64,000 nucleotides of DNA from Eledone cirrhosa (GCA_964016885.1 OZ024746.1:65348001-65412000), one strand, 5' to 3'; positions 41,864 to 56,889 are shown, numbered from the stretch's first letter. A program made the numbers and translations. Notes: generated by a model from the letters alone, not told the origin.

Positions 41864-42800
41864 TGTGACCTTTTAGTCCAGCCAGCGACTTGATAGCTCT
41901 GGTACAAACACTACACGTGTGACAATTATTGACACATAGTGATGGACCCATGGCACCATGTGACGACAAGTGCAGAGAGATCTTCAGATATAAAGCAATG
42001 CCTGTGCCGTGAAGCTTTTATAGTGAGCAAAGGCACTGCACAAATCCAGTCCCACTCTCTTAACCAAGATGATATTTACCAAAAAGAAGGACAAGTCAAC
42101 ATCATTGGATACGATCAGGGTTGCAGGTGTTATATCAGAGTTTTCCTTCTCCTAGAATTCTGCCTTGACAAAGGCTAAGGGGTCATCTCTCCCGGATATA
42201 TATATACATACATAAATACACACATATATATATATATACATGGTGGCTGCCAACTCGTTTTCGAGTACGTCTACTACTTTATATCCATGTAGGAGAACCC
42301 CCACCGATGCGATAAACGAGTGTGACTTTTTAGTCCAGCCAGCGACTTGAAAACTCTGGTACAAACACTACACTTGTGACAATTATTGACACATAGTGCT
42401 GGGCCAATGGTACCATGTAACGACAAGTGCAGAGAGATCTCCAGATATAAAGCAATGCCTGTGCCGTGAAGCTTTTATAGTGAGCAAAGGCACTGCACAA
42501 AGCCAGTCCCACTCTCTTAACCAAGATGAGATTTACCAAAAAGAATAACAAGTCAACATCATTGGATACCATCAGGGTTGCAGGCGTTATATCAGAGTTT
42601 TCCTTCTCCCAGAATTCTGCCTTGACAAAGGCTAAGGGGTCATCTCTCCCGGTGATTTTGGATGGCCATTGACTCTTAAGAGCTCCTTTGCCCTTTGACA
42701 GGTTTTGCTTTTAGTCCTGCAGGATGTCCAAAGTCACCCTCCTCACCAATAAACCTTGGTGGGTTTTGCCAGTTTAGTCGCCAACGACCCGACCATGAGA
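41864..42800 (-). mobile_element. two head-to-tail copies of family C (41864-42196, 42238-42800)
   Basis: reverse complement of 17052-17507 and direct match to 62281-62840. Confidence 0.85.
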
Positions 42801-42813
42801 TACATACATACAT

Positions 42814-42895
<82 letters not shown>

Positions 42896-42898
<3 letters not shown>

Positions 42899-43173
42899 AA
42901 GGCGCATGGCATAGTGGTTAGAGCATTGGGCTTGCAATGGATAGGTTTTGAGTTCAATTCTCGAACTGGGTGATGAGTTGTTTCCTTGGGCAAGACACTT
43001 TATTTCACGTTGCTCCAGTTTGCTCAGCTGTAGAAATGAGATAAAGAGGTGCCGGCCTGCCCGCTCAGCCAGTGGGATGGTGTTATCTTATGGCTAAAAC
43101 GGCACGACGTGCTGTGACCAGAGGGCGCTGAATGGACGCCGTCAGACTGGTCGGTCAAGGTGATCAAGGTGAT
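42896..43173 (+). mobile_element. SINE family B, tail type 2, full length
   Basis: GTGAAGGCGCATGGCATAGTGGTTAGAGC head; ends GTGATCAAGGTGA(TA)n. Confidence 0.88.
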
Positions 43174-43314
43174 ATATATATATAATAATAAGGATATTCA
43201 TATTTATATATGTTTAATACAACTATAAGTATGGAGGGTAGTACTTAGTACTAGCCGGTTACCGGTTGGCAAAAGGCTCAATGCAAATTTTCATGTGTTT
43301 TACAGAGCCAAGAT

Positions 43315-43654
43315 ACAAAGTGTTAAACGATCAAATTTTAGTTTAGAACATTTATTTGCTGACAATTCTTTCTTCCAGAGGGAAGTCTGGAATCATCTGA
43401 GCATAGGGAATGTCGAAATGTGACTAAAATGCTAGCCATTCAGAACATTTAGGGTACATAATTGTTTAATGTAGAGAGCCACATGATGCCTTTGACAATA
43501 AAAACAATTATGTACCCTAAATGTTCTGAATGACTAGGATTTTAATCACATGTTTCGACATTCCCTATGCTCTGATGAATTCAGACTTCCCCCTCGAAGA
43601 AACAATTGTCAGCAAATAAATGTTCTAAACTAAAATTTGATCGTTTTAACACTT

Positions 43655-43657
<3 letters not shown>
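43315..43657. repeat. ~153-bp inverted repeat carrying an HHR
   Basis: arms 43315-43467 / 43502-43657. Confidence 0.9.
43568..43614 (+). ncRNA. type I hammerhead ribozyme
   Basis: TGCT-CTGATGA-ATTC...GAA-GAAA-CAATTG-TC-AGCA; palindromic stem III ACAATTGT, GUC triplet. Confidence 0.75.
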
Positions 43658-43721
<64 letters not shown>

Positions 43722-43840
43722 ATATAATCTGAGTTTTTCGAATATTAATAATAATATTCGATTCGTTTGCAATTATGCAAACAACCCTCTTTTAAGACAT
43801 GTCAGTAGAATGAGCCCCTCATTCTTGCTGTTTTGTTGGC

Positions 43841-43940
<100 letters not shown>

Positions 43941-43955
43941 GTATATGTATGTGTG

Positions 43956-43999
<44 letters not shown>

Positions 44000-44361
44000 C
44001 GCGTGTGTGTGTGTACAATAAACAGAAAGGCCTTTGAAATGAAATAATTTTCGATAAGTATAGGTTTACATTTACCGTTGCTGAATGCTTCATCACTTTA
44101 TACAATTGTGCTTGTTATCTTCCACCATTCCACTACCTCATCTTTGGTGCAACGAATTTCTCTACACTTAGCTCTATCTAACAAATTAATGGCTTAGTCA
44201 TCAGGATCTCATTAGTGAGTCTATGACTTGAGTCTGTTCTACTTAAAAGTAAATTACTCAATTATGTTCTGTAAGAATTCGGTTCATGGATTTTAAATGT
44301 TCTTAAGTGACAGGTAAGCAGACAATTCGTCTTCTCTTCCACGTCTGTAGTCATCTCTGTA

Positions 44362-44426
44362 ATCATCATCAGCATCATAATCATCACCATCACCATCATC
44401 ATTCCGCCACCATAATCATCATCGTG

Positions 44427-44462
<36 letters not shown>

Positions 44463-44466
44463 GTCG

Positions 44467-44542
<76 letters not shown>

Positions 44543-44559
44543 TATCATCATCATCTTCA
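44362..44559. repeat. (ATC)n microsatellite
   Basis: direct reading; source of the poly-D/poly-I/poly-H ORFs. Confidence 0.95.
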
Positions 44560-46746
44560 TTAATAGTAAGAACAATGTTATAAATGATTATGATGATTAA
44601 GCAAATCTTATTAATTAAATAAATAGGATAGGACATGCATAGAGAAAGATGACTATTCAACCAGACAATTGAACAAACGGAGACTGCAGCTAAATCTCAT
44701 TCAAATTATATTCTAACCTCTTATAAATGGATGGACACGTTGAGTAATGTAGTCCGAGATACACTAGGTCAGAGATGAACACGGAATAATCAAATCTGGA
44801 TAGATTTTGCATCAAGGTCGGTTCGATGAACGCAGGCCTGTGTGGTTAGAAAAATAATAATAACAAGAATTGGCCGGTCTAAAACGTTACGTTTATCAAT
44901 GAAAGAGTTTCCATGTTTCACTAACAACATACGTCCATTTTCTAGAATGCACTGAGGTCTTGGTAACCTACTTAATGTAATTGATTGACCTCGTTTTGCG
45001 CTCGACTCAGAACAGCAACTCAGTTAAGGGTTACAGGTTGCGAAAAAGTATCATACAAAAGAGAACCGCATCTGTTCACCTTCGTTAACGTTAAGAATCT
45101 CAACAGTTTTGTTCGTCTCAGTGGAAGACTGCACATTATCAGCGATGCCATTCCAACACATCGTTGTAATTGACACTGGGAACTGATAGATATTCTAACT
45201 ACGGAACCTCTCCTAAAAAGTGAATGAATAAATGGTCTAATTTGATCAAGTGTTTCTCGGGAAAAGGTACGGTGATATGATGGCATTACATTGGCAAAGC
45301 GGTGTATATGTTATATACACCACTTCTCTGCGCCTTTTGAGATAGCTTCGTTTCGGCCGGTTTCTGAGGAGTTTGGTCATGTTGTCGTGGTCTACTCTCA
45401 ATGTTTACTATCCTAGATATCTAGTTTCAACCACATCCGATATCCTTTGTGGTATATAGTTACACCCATTTGTGTTCTGAGATCAAATCCCGCTGAGGTT
45501 AGCTTTAAGATAAAGTACGAGTAATGCACTGGGATCGATTTAACCGACCCTCATCTCGTCAAATTCGTGGTCTTGTACCTAAATAAGGAACTATTATTAA
45601 ATGGACCCATCTATTTCTAAGGTAGAAAATAGGATGGAATTTGAAGAAATCATGTCTCTGCTAAATCTTGCAAGTAGAACGTTTCTTCTTTGGTAGATTG
45701 GTAAATGTATATTTTATCAGTTGTAGATAGGATAAGATAGCTGAACAAAAATATTGAAAAATATCAAATTCAAAAGAACAAGCTGAATGTTCATTTAAAT
45801 ATATTTGAAGTTTATAATGGAATGCAATTTTAAAATGTTATAACATTAAACAAAGTGATAGATGCTGCTACGCTAAGTCATCTTTACACTTAAGTATTGA
45901 AAAATTGAAGTTTAATGCAATGAATACAGAATAAAGAACATGAATAAAAATGATGGTGAAATTGATCACGCTTCAAGGAGTCTATTGTAGTATGTCCATC
46001 AACGAATATATGATTAAGTATAATAAAAATGTAGGCTACTATAGAATAAATAAATAAATTGAATTTTGATGGCGTTGAATGCAACTAATTGCAATATGAT
46101 AAGAGTGTATCCTGTAATATATCAATAGAGATATTGTATTAGTTACTCTTGATAATGTCTTTGTTTAAGCACCGTAGGCTAAAGTGGCGTTACACAAATA
46201 TATGAATTTTCCATATACACGCACACACATACACACGCACACACATACACACGCACACAGATACACACACATACAAACATACACACTCACATACACACGC
46301 ACACACATACACACGCACACAGATACACACATATACAAACATACACACTCACATATACACGTGTGTGTGTATAGATAGATAGAGAAAGATAGACATATGG
46401 ATAGATAGATTGATCCACTTGCATGCATCTAACTGTATACGTATTTACCTTGTAAATGCTGACATATCAAATAAGATATTATCTAAGCAAAACGTAATGC
46501 CATACGTGGTATCTAGACAATAATCTATAAGGAAATATAGAGAAAGAAATTATATAGTGGTTGAAATCTAATCAGGTACGAATATTATGATATAAGTAAA
46601 CAAATGCCCTCGCGAAAAAATAAAACGAAGACAGACGACAAGGATTTTTATCATGCGGCAAAGCATATGTATATTCGCTTTTGTGATGTATGTGTATGTA
46701 CGCACATGCACGTGTGATGTGATATATATATATATAAGTATATATA

Positions 46747-46935
46747 GAAAGAGTCAGGATCCCGACGGCTGAGCTCCGGCCGTTTCGACAGCTAGATCCA
46801 GACTCTAGCTGTCGAAACCGCCGGAGATCAGCCGTCGGGGTCCTGACTCTTTTCATAGTACCCACTCTACTACCCTAAGTATCGAGTACTCTGGTGCGTT
46901 AAGGTCCACCTGGTATCTTACCACACTTTCTTTGT
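46747..46935. mobile_element. hairpin element family D
   Basis: arms span 46747-46854; tail ACCCACTCTAC...GGTCCACCTGG shared with 35660-35725. Confidence 0.8.
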
Positions 46936-47555
46936 TATATAAATATATAGAGAGAAAGGAAGGAAGAGAGAAACAGAGAGGGAGAGAGAGAATACGTTTA
47001 TTTTAGAGGGAAAGAGAGGAATAGACACATTCATGAAATTATTGTGTATATAGTTTGCGAGAACATAGGCGTTTCTGTACGTTTGTGTATTCTTGCACGC
47101 GCGCGCACGCGTATGTGTTGTGCGTGTATGAGAGAGAGCTTGTGTCTCATCGCCAGAATAACATTTAATCAGTGTGGCAACGCTTTTAATCAATTTCGGA
47201 AGAACTGCAATTAATGAAAATCGTAATATGAATTATATTAGGCTAATTCTATAACAGTTTACTTTCCATTTGCTGTAAAACTGAATTAATGAAACTGTGA
47301 AAGTAAAAAGCGAAGAATTGAATTAACTATGACAAAATAGCTTAAAGATGCAGGTAATGAATATTATGTTTCGTGAGAGATTAGGTGTCACAAAATTAAA
47401 GAAAAAAAATATTAACATTTGAAAATGAAAGGCAGGAGTACGTTTTTTTTGTTTAACGTAGAACTTGAAAATTACTGAAATCTTTTAATTCAGACGCAGT
47501 TTCGTTCCTGTAAATGGAATCCGTTGAGAGCGTGGTACTTGTTCGTGAGCGTGGG

Positions 47556-47619
<64 letters not shown>

Positions 47620-47621
47620 TG

Positions 47622-47679
<58 letters not shown>

Positions 47680-47853
47680 CACACACACGCACACGCACAC
47701 GCACACACACACACACACACTTGTGAATATCACGTGAGAAAGCGGCTATGGAATTTAAGATGTTGCGTTTTTCGTTGTAGGGGCTTATGCGCTCTGGTAT
47801 TATTTGACTATTTTTGCTGATAAAAAATATGGCGCAGTTTCTAATTCAAATGA

Positions 47854-48545
<692 letters not shown>

Positions 48546-48958
48546 CAAACATACATACGAACATACATACACTCAAACACACTCGCACATATGCCTGTGT
48601 GTGCGTTTGTGTCGTTTAATTAGAAGCACCATTTTATTCTTTTTCAGTCGTGTTGCAAGCGTGACTCGGAATTTAATTTTTTTTAAATTCTATTAACCTC
48701 TTCATGTTTTTACTTTAAAAATGGCTGATGGGTGCGTAGAATATTTCGAGTTTGCGGCAAATTGTTTTGTGATTTTTATTTACATCTCTTCACCTTCTAA
48801 TCAACTTCTGTTTATAATGTTTTATACATTTATGCATTAAAATATAAACAGAAAGCATTTGTGAAAGGCGAAAGCTCCACAAATACAGCTGGTATTGATG
48901 GAAACCCTATAAGTCTGTAAATTGTAAAATCAATGAACATTATTTAGAAACATATAAC

Positions 48959-49150
48959 GGGCGGTGGATTGGCAGTATCGATAGAGGGTCGGACGCCATG
49001 CTTTCTAGCATAGTTACGTCCCTTTACGATCTGAGTTCAAATCCCGCCGAGGTTGACTTTGCCTTTCATCCTTACGGGGTCGATAAAATAAAGTACCAGT
49101 AATGCACTGAGTAATTGCTGGCCTTGTGCCTAAAGTAGAAACAATTATTA
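48959..49150 (+). mobile_element. SINE family A with TSD
   Basis: TSD ATTATT(T/A)AGAAACATATA. Confidence 0.92.
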
Positions 49151-49593
49151 AGAAACATATACTATAAAACGTCAATATAACAAAATTATTTTCTGTAACC
49201 TACAAATCTAGTAACACTCACGGACCCATAGCAGGCCCCTATATGGTCACTTGAACTGCAGTAAATAACAGTCAAATATCTCTAAAATAACACCTAACAT
49301 AATTATTTTTACTTTTGGCACAAGGCCAGCAATCACCCAGTGCATTACCTAACGTAATAACAATAACGGAGAGGTGCATAATGTAGCGCTAAATCTTCAA
49401 TGGCTAAGTAAAGATGGGTTGCATCATAGGTCCCTAAAATCCTGGTTGACCGGGGCTTAAAGAATATCAACCTTTACCTTTAGTATCTAACAATCAACCT
49501 TGTATGTTATAAATCTCACAACAGATCTAACATTAGAATACTTGCAAAATACATCACAACTATATCTGTTTTAGGTTTTGCAAATAAGAGATT

Positions 49594-49753
49594 AATGTTC
49601 AGAGCCATCCTCAGCATTCTCGTGTTAACGTATGTTGATGCCCTAAGGACAGACACTGGTCTGTTGGAGACGCAGGACATGGCAGCGATAATGAGGGACA
49701 GAGACCGCTGGAGAGAACTCGTCCATGGATCTCGGGAATTTTACCCGCCTTAG
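49594..49753 (+). mobile_element. RTE-clade LINE short insertion with 5' inversion
   Basis: 49594-49624 matches the minus-strand RT end at 21276-21304; 49625-49752 is the 3' end; TSD AAATAAGAGA. Confidence 0.85.
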
Positions 49754-50424
49754 AAATAAGAGAATTACACAGGTTTAATTAATGCAGAAACGCTGCAGTT
49801 ATTAATAAGAAGAGTTGAAATTAATGCATGCAATATTTCATAACTCTCGTATCACTCTTTCATAGTAAACCTATGGACTATTCATCCTACCCTTGTACAT
49901 GCATACAATTAATTCAGCACGGTCACATTCTATTTGACGTTTGACAACATTGGAACATATCATATGTCGGTGATACCTGAATGAAGCCCAACAAAAATAT
50001 CGAGTCTAAAATATGCCTATATAGTATGAAAGTTCATAATTACATATATTTTAAAATTTCAGATTATCTTATCTTTAGAGATGAGACAATTTCTTAAATA
50101 TTTGTATCTCATTACATTTCTCCGATTGTCATTATCTGTCTCATTGCTTGATATGTACAAAGGGCGGCTGAACGTTCAGGCTTATCATTTTGCTAGAACA
50201 GGTTATATGACTTATAGATACTGTACATTCAATTAGGTAGATGTATGTAGTATGTCTTAGAGTATATATTGTAACATATCTTGTGATATAAAAGAAAATG
50301 TCTTGGTTTTAAATATTCATACAATATATGATAAAGCCTTTTTTATCTTTAGAATTTTTACAACTTTACGATTTGCATGGTTGCGTTTATATTCATATAT
50401 ATATTTGTGCGTGTATGTTTGTAC

Positions 50425-50560
<136 letters not shown>

Positions 50561-51544
50561 ATATAACAGAAATATCTCTTCCTGTAAACTCCGGCAACTT
50601 GCTTGATAAGGATGAATAAAATAAATTTAATTTACAATGAAAATAGAAATGGCATGAGAGGAGTGACCTTTACCTTATAATAATTGTCTCGACTTTAAGC
50701 ACAATTTGATGGGGATGTTCTGAGATCAAGGTTGTCCCCATCATGTTTGGATAATTAGATAATCTCTTGAAGAGCTACCAAGACTGGTTAAAGAACATTA
50801 GCCCAGCCTACCTTTTTGGAGCTCCAAAAGTTATGCCTACTGAGAACAGCAAGGACCTTCCGATACGTCCTGAATATCTGAGGCTGTTGGTAGTGGCTCG
50901 ATGTTCATTTGGGAAAATTTTCCGGATAAATAACATCAACGACTGAGATATATCTAAGTAACAACAACAACAACAATAATTTTATTTCCTTATATTCTTA
51001 TTGTTAGTCTATGGTAGTGGAGTGCTTTAGAGTGAAATATTTACACGTAGAAATACCTTATTTGAATTCTCTCATGGCAAACCCCTTGCGTGCATTCAGA
51101 AACAGAAAACATTAGAGCGAAGAAAAAACAATCAAACAAAAAACAAGTAGACTGAAAACATTGATTTAATGCATAGAGTAAAAATGGTTTAATACAAAGA
51201 TGAACAAAATAAATGTTAAAATTATAAACAAAAATAAATCTATATTATAAATAAAACAAATAAGTTGTCATAAAACTACACTTTGGAAATATACCAGTCC
51301 CTAATGTCTTTCATTTATGAATGAAATGCTTTAAGGAACGATTTCATTCTTTATTCTAATGCCAAAGTTTTCCAATGTGATTAGTAGTCTTTCTGATAAT
51401 TAAAATACAAAGCATCATTTGTTTCTTTTTAGCAAGAGTTTTGATAAATTTCAACGTTTTTGTTTTAGATGAATATTGACAATGTAACTTTGTAGGCATA
51501 TATATGTATGAGATGAAAGAATGGTATTTAACTAATGTAATGGT

Positions 51545-52370
51545 ACGCAATGGGGCCCACCCACAGCCCCCGTCGGACAGAATGGAGAAGGCGTTTCCCC
51601 GCAGGACGACAAGGGAGACGCGCTGGAAAAGCCACTCCAAATCGCGGGGCTCACACCTACGGCTGGCCAGCTCAGCGCCTATGGTGGTGAGTAAGGAGGT
51701 AGCCCTGGGCCGAGGACACCAGAAGTTGCCACTGCCAGGGGAACGACCGCAACCCTGTCGGAGAGCGACCGGTGCAGCAAAACCTGGGTCAGTCGCAGAC
51801 TGGACCAGGTTGCGGCTGCAGAAAGTGTCGGTGCAAGTGGCATCCCAGACGAGGGGTTTGCCACCGCGGAACGGGAAGATTGTCATGCCATCTGGCCTTT
51901 TGCCGTCCCCTCGATCCAGCCCTACCGGCTCGAGCTGGGAAGGGAAGCCTGCAGCGTCCAAGCCATGCTTAATGACCTCCTTGAGGGCAGTATGGCGTGG
52001 AATGCGACCGGCACTGTGGCGACAGGAAAGCGGGTGGAGGCCGAAAGAGTCCACGGTGGAACCGCAGCGACATTGGTGTGGCTGGCAGATCCGGAGGCCG
52101 AGCCTCAGGGAAACGCCGATTCGCAGGCTATGGTTGTCTAGCTGCGTGCCAGAGGAGAAGGAGGGCAGAACATGGAGCCAGGCACCACTGTGGGGTTTGG
52201 AGGCCGCACGAAAACAAGCAAGGTGGTGCTGGTCGAGCTGGCGCGTGAGCCTGTCTGAGGCCAGGCTGCACTGGATGGCATCCCAGGTACGTGGGGGAGG
52301 GGGACTTGACGTCCACAGGGGGAGAAGGAGGAGGGAGGTCTACTGGGCTAAGTCCCAGCCAGTCCCACGT
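51545..52370 (-). pseudogene. CRE-like non-LTR retrotransposon C-terminus (CCHC zinc knuckle + PD-(D/E)xK restriction-like endonuclease)
   Basis: SGAWLHVLP...LRLGLRICQPHQCRCGSTVDSFGLHPLSC...RH...EP...RPDG...WDATC; frameshifted before WLFQRVSLVVLRGNA. Confidence 0.88.
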
Positions 52371-52536
52371 CTCACAGGCGGCCTCACGTTCTCTGAACTC
52401 AGAGGGTTCTGTTGTGTTTTGAAGAACCCTGCTGACGAGGACGCGGCACGGGGTTACCGACGAAAGATTAGATTTTTATGGCGTTACGTTATCTGAAGAT
52501 GCTTCCACACGACTAAATGTGAACATATAAACGCTT

Positions 52537-52658
<122 letters not shown>

Positions 52659-53335
52659 ACTCGTGTTATTATTTTTATCCTTTACGCTCTTTCCTACATT
52701 CTTCTACACACTACACATCTCAACCTACATTCACTTACATTTCTCTCTTCACCACCGGATCTTGTTACTCGGAGAATTACCCATCTGCATTGTTGAGGCT
52801 TCCAAAACGACCAAAAGAAAATATATCTTATTATTCCACATTGCTTCAAACAAACTTCAATACTCTCTTATATATATATATATACAAAGGTGGATCCACG
52901 ACTTAAATCCCACACCAGTGGGAATAATTTAACTGGAATGTTCGATTCTCTACAAAGAGACATCATGGCACGTGTGAATTGGTAGATAAGGATTTGTGCA
53001 GATGTGTGTCGGATAAAATGTAATTGCATTTCGAAGCACCAACCTCGCAGAAAAAGACTCAGGCTGGATGCTGAAAAGTAGAAGCATCAACAGCATAGAT
53101 ATACAATTTAGTATTGTTGAAAAAACATAACTAATACATATATGGAAATCAGATATGCAACGTGTGAACCGAGAAATATGGTATATCAATAAAATCAGAC
53201 ACCATAGTATTGAAAAGAGATGATCCATTTAAGATATAGACTAATCACTCATGCAACTTAAAGTTAAAAGGAAAACTCTCCAAAACGGAATAATATATCT
53301 TTCTCTTTATTTTTTACGTATACCCTCGCATGCAC

Positions 53336-53418
<83 letters not shown>

Positions 53419-53421
53419 ATG

Positions 53422-53457
<36 letters not shown>

Positions 53458-54634
53458 TACACACATATATATATATATGTGTGTGTGTGTGTATACGTGT
53501 GTGGTTGTGTGTGTGTAATAAATAATTAATCTCAATACACCATATATTAAGATAAATTTTATGTAGATATAACTATAGCTTTTAAATACTAAGATTCCTT
53601 GAAAAACAAAACATTTCTGCTATTCTCTACAGAAGAGAAAATCAGAGGGATTGCGTTTACTTTTTACACATCTAGTTGGCTGTCCATCAGAAGACATACA
53701 TATAGCCTTCAATCTGCGAAGAGACCTCATAGCCAATCATTAGCTATATCAACACACCAGAACTTAACTGAATGTTCAATCTAATTCGAAAAACATGCAT
53801 TCATTTTGTACGTTTATATATATATACCTAAAGTATATGTTTATGCTCTACAAATTGCATATTGAAAACATAATTTATATTTGTGTTCGATATAACTACG
53901 ATTATAAAACTTATAAGCATTACTGTGAAAATGTAAACAGATGTGAAAATATGTTTAACATGTAATTATATGGATCAGACCCAGCCATGTCAGAAATAAA
54001 GACATTAAATATATAGAAGGGGAACATGGTTAACAGATACCCATACATGATAAGTGCGAAGACTTTCATGATCTGAATATTAAGTGCATTGCTTACGAGA
54101 AAATTCTGAAGGATCTCATACACTAATATGTGATATAGGAAAGCATACATTCCATCTCCAAATCCAGCGAGTGTATGGCCTTAATTTCTTTGGATTCCAC
54201 TGATACTAACATGCGGTATTGCGAAACCAAATATTCTTTAAAAAGTAACAAATTGGATGACTGTTTGTGAACTGGAAACGGAATTATTTATCTAATTCCA
54301 GTAATGCATAACATATATTATATCAAGTAATACCCTATATGTTATATAGGTGCACATGCATACATAATGGTACGCATGTGTAGGAATGAAAGAACTGGCA
54401 CTTTGATATGTTTCTACTATATTTCTAACGATAAAATCTTTTAACTGTAGTAAAGGTAACTTATAGCGCAAATATGAGCATGTGCAGTCACAATATGAAG
54501 GCAACATTTAAATATATGTTATAGGTTATACGTCTCATATGACACCATGAATGTTATTTGTTAAAAATGTAATAATCGCACACACACACACGCGCGCGCG
54601 CGCGCGCGCACGCACACACACACACCCACACACA

Positions 54635-54687
<53 letters not shown>

Positions 54688-54695
54688 GCGCACGC

Positions 54696-54752
<57 letters not shown>

Positions 54753-54769
54753 TATATATATATATATAT

Positions 54770-54978
54770 ATTCCTGGAAATTTGGGACTTGACTCCTTCT
54801 TCCTCACTTTTCGTTGCTTCACCATCTTTGTTTGTTTACACTCTCGTGTCCCCTTTATTTACGTGTCCCAACGACTTTTTTTAGCCGTTGCTCGCACCAA
54901 CCGGAGGTATAGGGTCTTTAAAGCGATGAAATACCAATGATGGTTGGAAGATCACTGATGAAGGACTAACTTTATTCA
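54770..54978 (+). mobile_element. third copy of the 29170-29390 family
   Basis: direct sequence similarity. Confidence 0.65.
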
Positions 54979-55005
54979 TATATATATATATATTATATAT
55001 ATATA

Positions 55006-55216
55006 CAGGGTGGCCCAAAAGTCACACAATGGTCGCAACTGTTTATAAACTTTTTATTTTATAATATTTAATAATGTAGAGTTGTGACAAGGATTGACGA
55101 GTGCAAAATAATTTCCAGTATGTCCTTTAAGTTGTATCAAAATTTCTTACATCAAGCTGTACAATTCAGGAAGTTAATAACAACTAAAACCCCTGTGTGA
55201 CTTTTGGGCCATCTTG
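55006..55216. mobile_element. Tc1/mariner-type MITE
   Basis: TIRs CAGGGTGGCCCAAAAGTCACACA / TGTGTGACTTTTGGGCCATCTTG with TA on both sides. Confidence 0.85.
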
Positions 55217-55495
55217 TATAATAAGAAAAAACGATAAAGGCTTCAGTCGCAACTATTCTCCAACAGCAGTTTCTGAAATCAAGAAACAAAACTAACCATC
55301 TTTAATAAATTTAGACAGGCAATACTAGAAGAAGGTTTCTTTGGAAGTAACAAATAAATGATATTCACCTGTTAGTAAACGGAATATATACTAACCAAAC
55401 CAGCTTGATGTATTGAGTACATGTATGTAAGTGAAGCTTTCTTGCATTAGTTGGCTATACAAAATCTCTACCCGAAGGGGTCTTTGCATAAGTTA

Positions 55496-55703
55496 GTGAA
55501 GGCTGAGTGGTTAGAGAATTGGATTCGCAATCGTGAGGTTGTGAGTTCGATTCATGGACCAGGAGATGCGTTATGTCCTTGAGCAAGACACTTTATTTCA
55601 CGTTGCTCCTTCTAACTGGGGTTGCGACCGATAGATAGTACTAGCAATTGGAAAGACCAATGGAATCATTCTTTCCTCATTCCGATTTGACGAAAGTCGA
55701 TCG

Positions 55704-55706
<3 letters not shown>
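55496..55706 (+). mobile_element. SINE family B, tail type 3
   Basis: matches 37885-38106. Confidence 0.85.
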
Positions 55707-55747
<41 letters not shown>

Positions 55748-55882
55748 TATATATATATAAAGAGAGAGAGAGAGAGAGAGAGAGTACAATTTTGCGAGTT
55801 CAATGAATGTTTGTTTAGGATGTTGAATAGATATGGATTAATTAGAATCTAATATAGGTATATATATATATATAAATATATA

Positions 55883-55934
<52 letters not shown>

Positions 55935-56466
55935 CACATATACCCACATAGATTTGCATCTACATATATGCTTTAAATATCTTTTCATTCATTGTTAGTT
56001 GCCAGTGAGGTAATCTTGGCCTGTCACTTTTATTGACCAAAACTCTGAAACTTATTAATATTGATAATAAAAATAAACTTTTATTAATGTCATTAGAAGA
56101 GTTAATTTCTTCTGAATTTATTGCTTCATCTGTAGTGCCTCATAAACAGAAGTCTCTATTGATTTTCAACTTGACTTTGTTGGAAAACATGTAGAGTTGG
56201 AAACGCACTAATGGTTTATCATCCATAATTGCATCACTTCTTACAGATTTTCGCTATTTTATTTTAATAAAAAAGAATCGCTCGCAATATACACACTCAT
56301 ATGCCTGAACTACCTACATACATCTCCTTTGTACGCACACACACACACACACACATTTATATATACACATATATATGTTCATCCCGGGTTCAATCGGTGG
56401 TAACCACAGTTCTAGTCATGTAGAAGCCATTTCTCTCTCTCTCTCTATATATATATATACGAGTTT

Positions 56467-56515
56467 CAGAAGATCCCGTTAAGGGTGAAATTAGCGATTC
56501 TTTGCTTAAACTTTA

Positions 56516-56522
<7 letters not shown>
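56467..56522 (+). mobile_element. un-mirrored copy of the 15868 palindrome family with degenerate HHR core
   Basis: CAGAAGA-T-CCC-GTTAA-GGG-T-GAAA followed by GCGATTCTTTGCTTAAACTTTAATCT. Confidence 0.65.
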
Positions 56523-56554
<32 letters not shown>

Positions 56555-56851
56555 GCCTCACACCTTACTGTGACTTTTCTTCTGACTATTCCCTTCACAA
56601 CTTCTCCATCTCTCCATTCTATTTCTCTCTCACCCTGATACCGTCTCTAGTTTCCTACCCCTCTTATTCTTAATTCTACTTATGTGTTTTAGCCTCTTCT
56701 TTCCACCACCTCAGGTCCTTTTCTTCGCCTCACCGTTAGCCCAAATGGCTGACTGGATACGCTCGTGTGTATTATTAACTTTTGTCCCGATTTTTTCTCG
56801 TTCCTTCCTCTTTTCACGCTTTATCTTTTTTTATCTTTTATTTTTAATTTT

Positions 56852-56889
56852 ATCTTCTGAGAAAGGACTAGTGTCCGAAGCGTTAAGAT
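56852..56889 (+). ncRNA. degenerate minimal hammerhead
   Basis: ATCTT-CTGAGAA-A-GGAC-TAGT-GTCC-GAAGCGTTA-AGAT; stems I and II pair, core has substitutions. Confidence 0.5.

Noticed and set aside
51504-52496. 330-aa plus-strand ORF
   Set aside because: Antisense shadow of the GC-rich CRE-like coding sequence on the minus strand
52950-54200. CR1/Jockey-like RT remnants (YAVDAST; PFYIFNVFISDM) and a WNNL 3' remnant near 59190
   Set aside because: Too degenerate to call without a profile search
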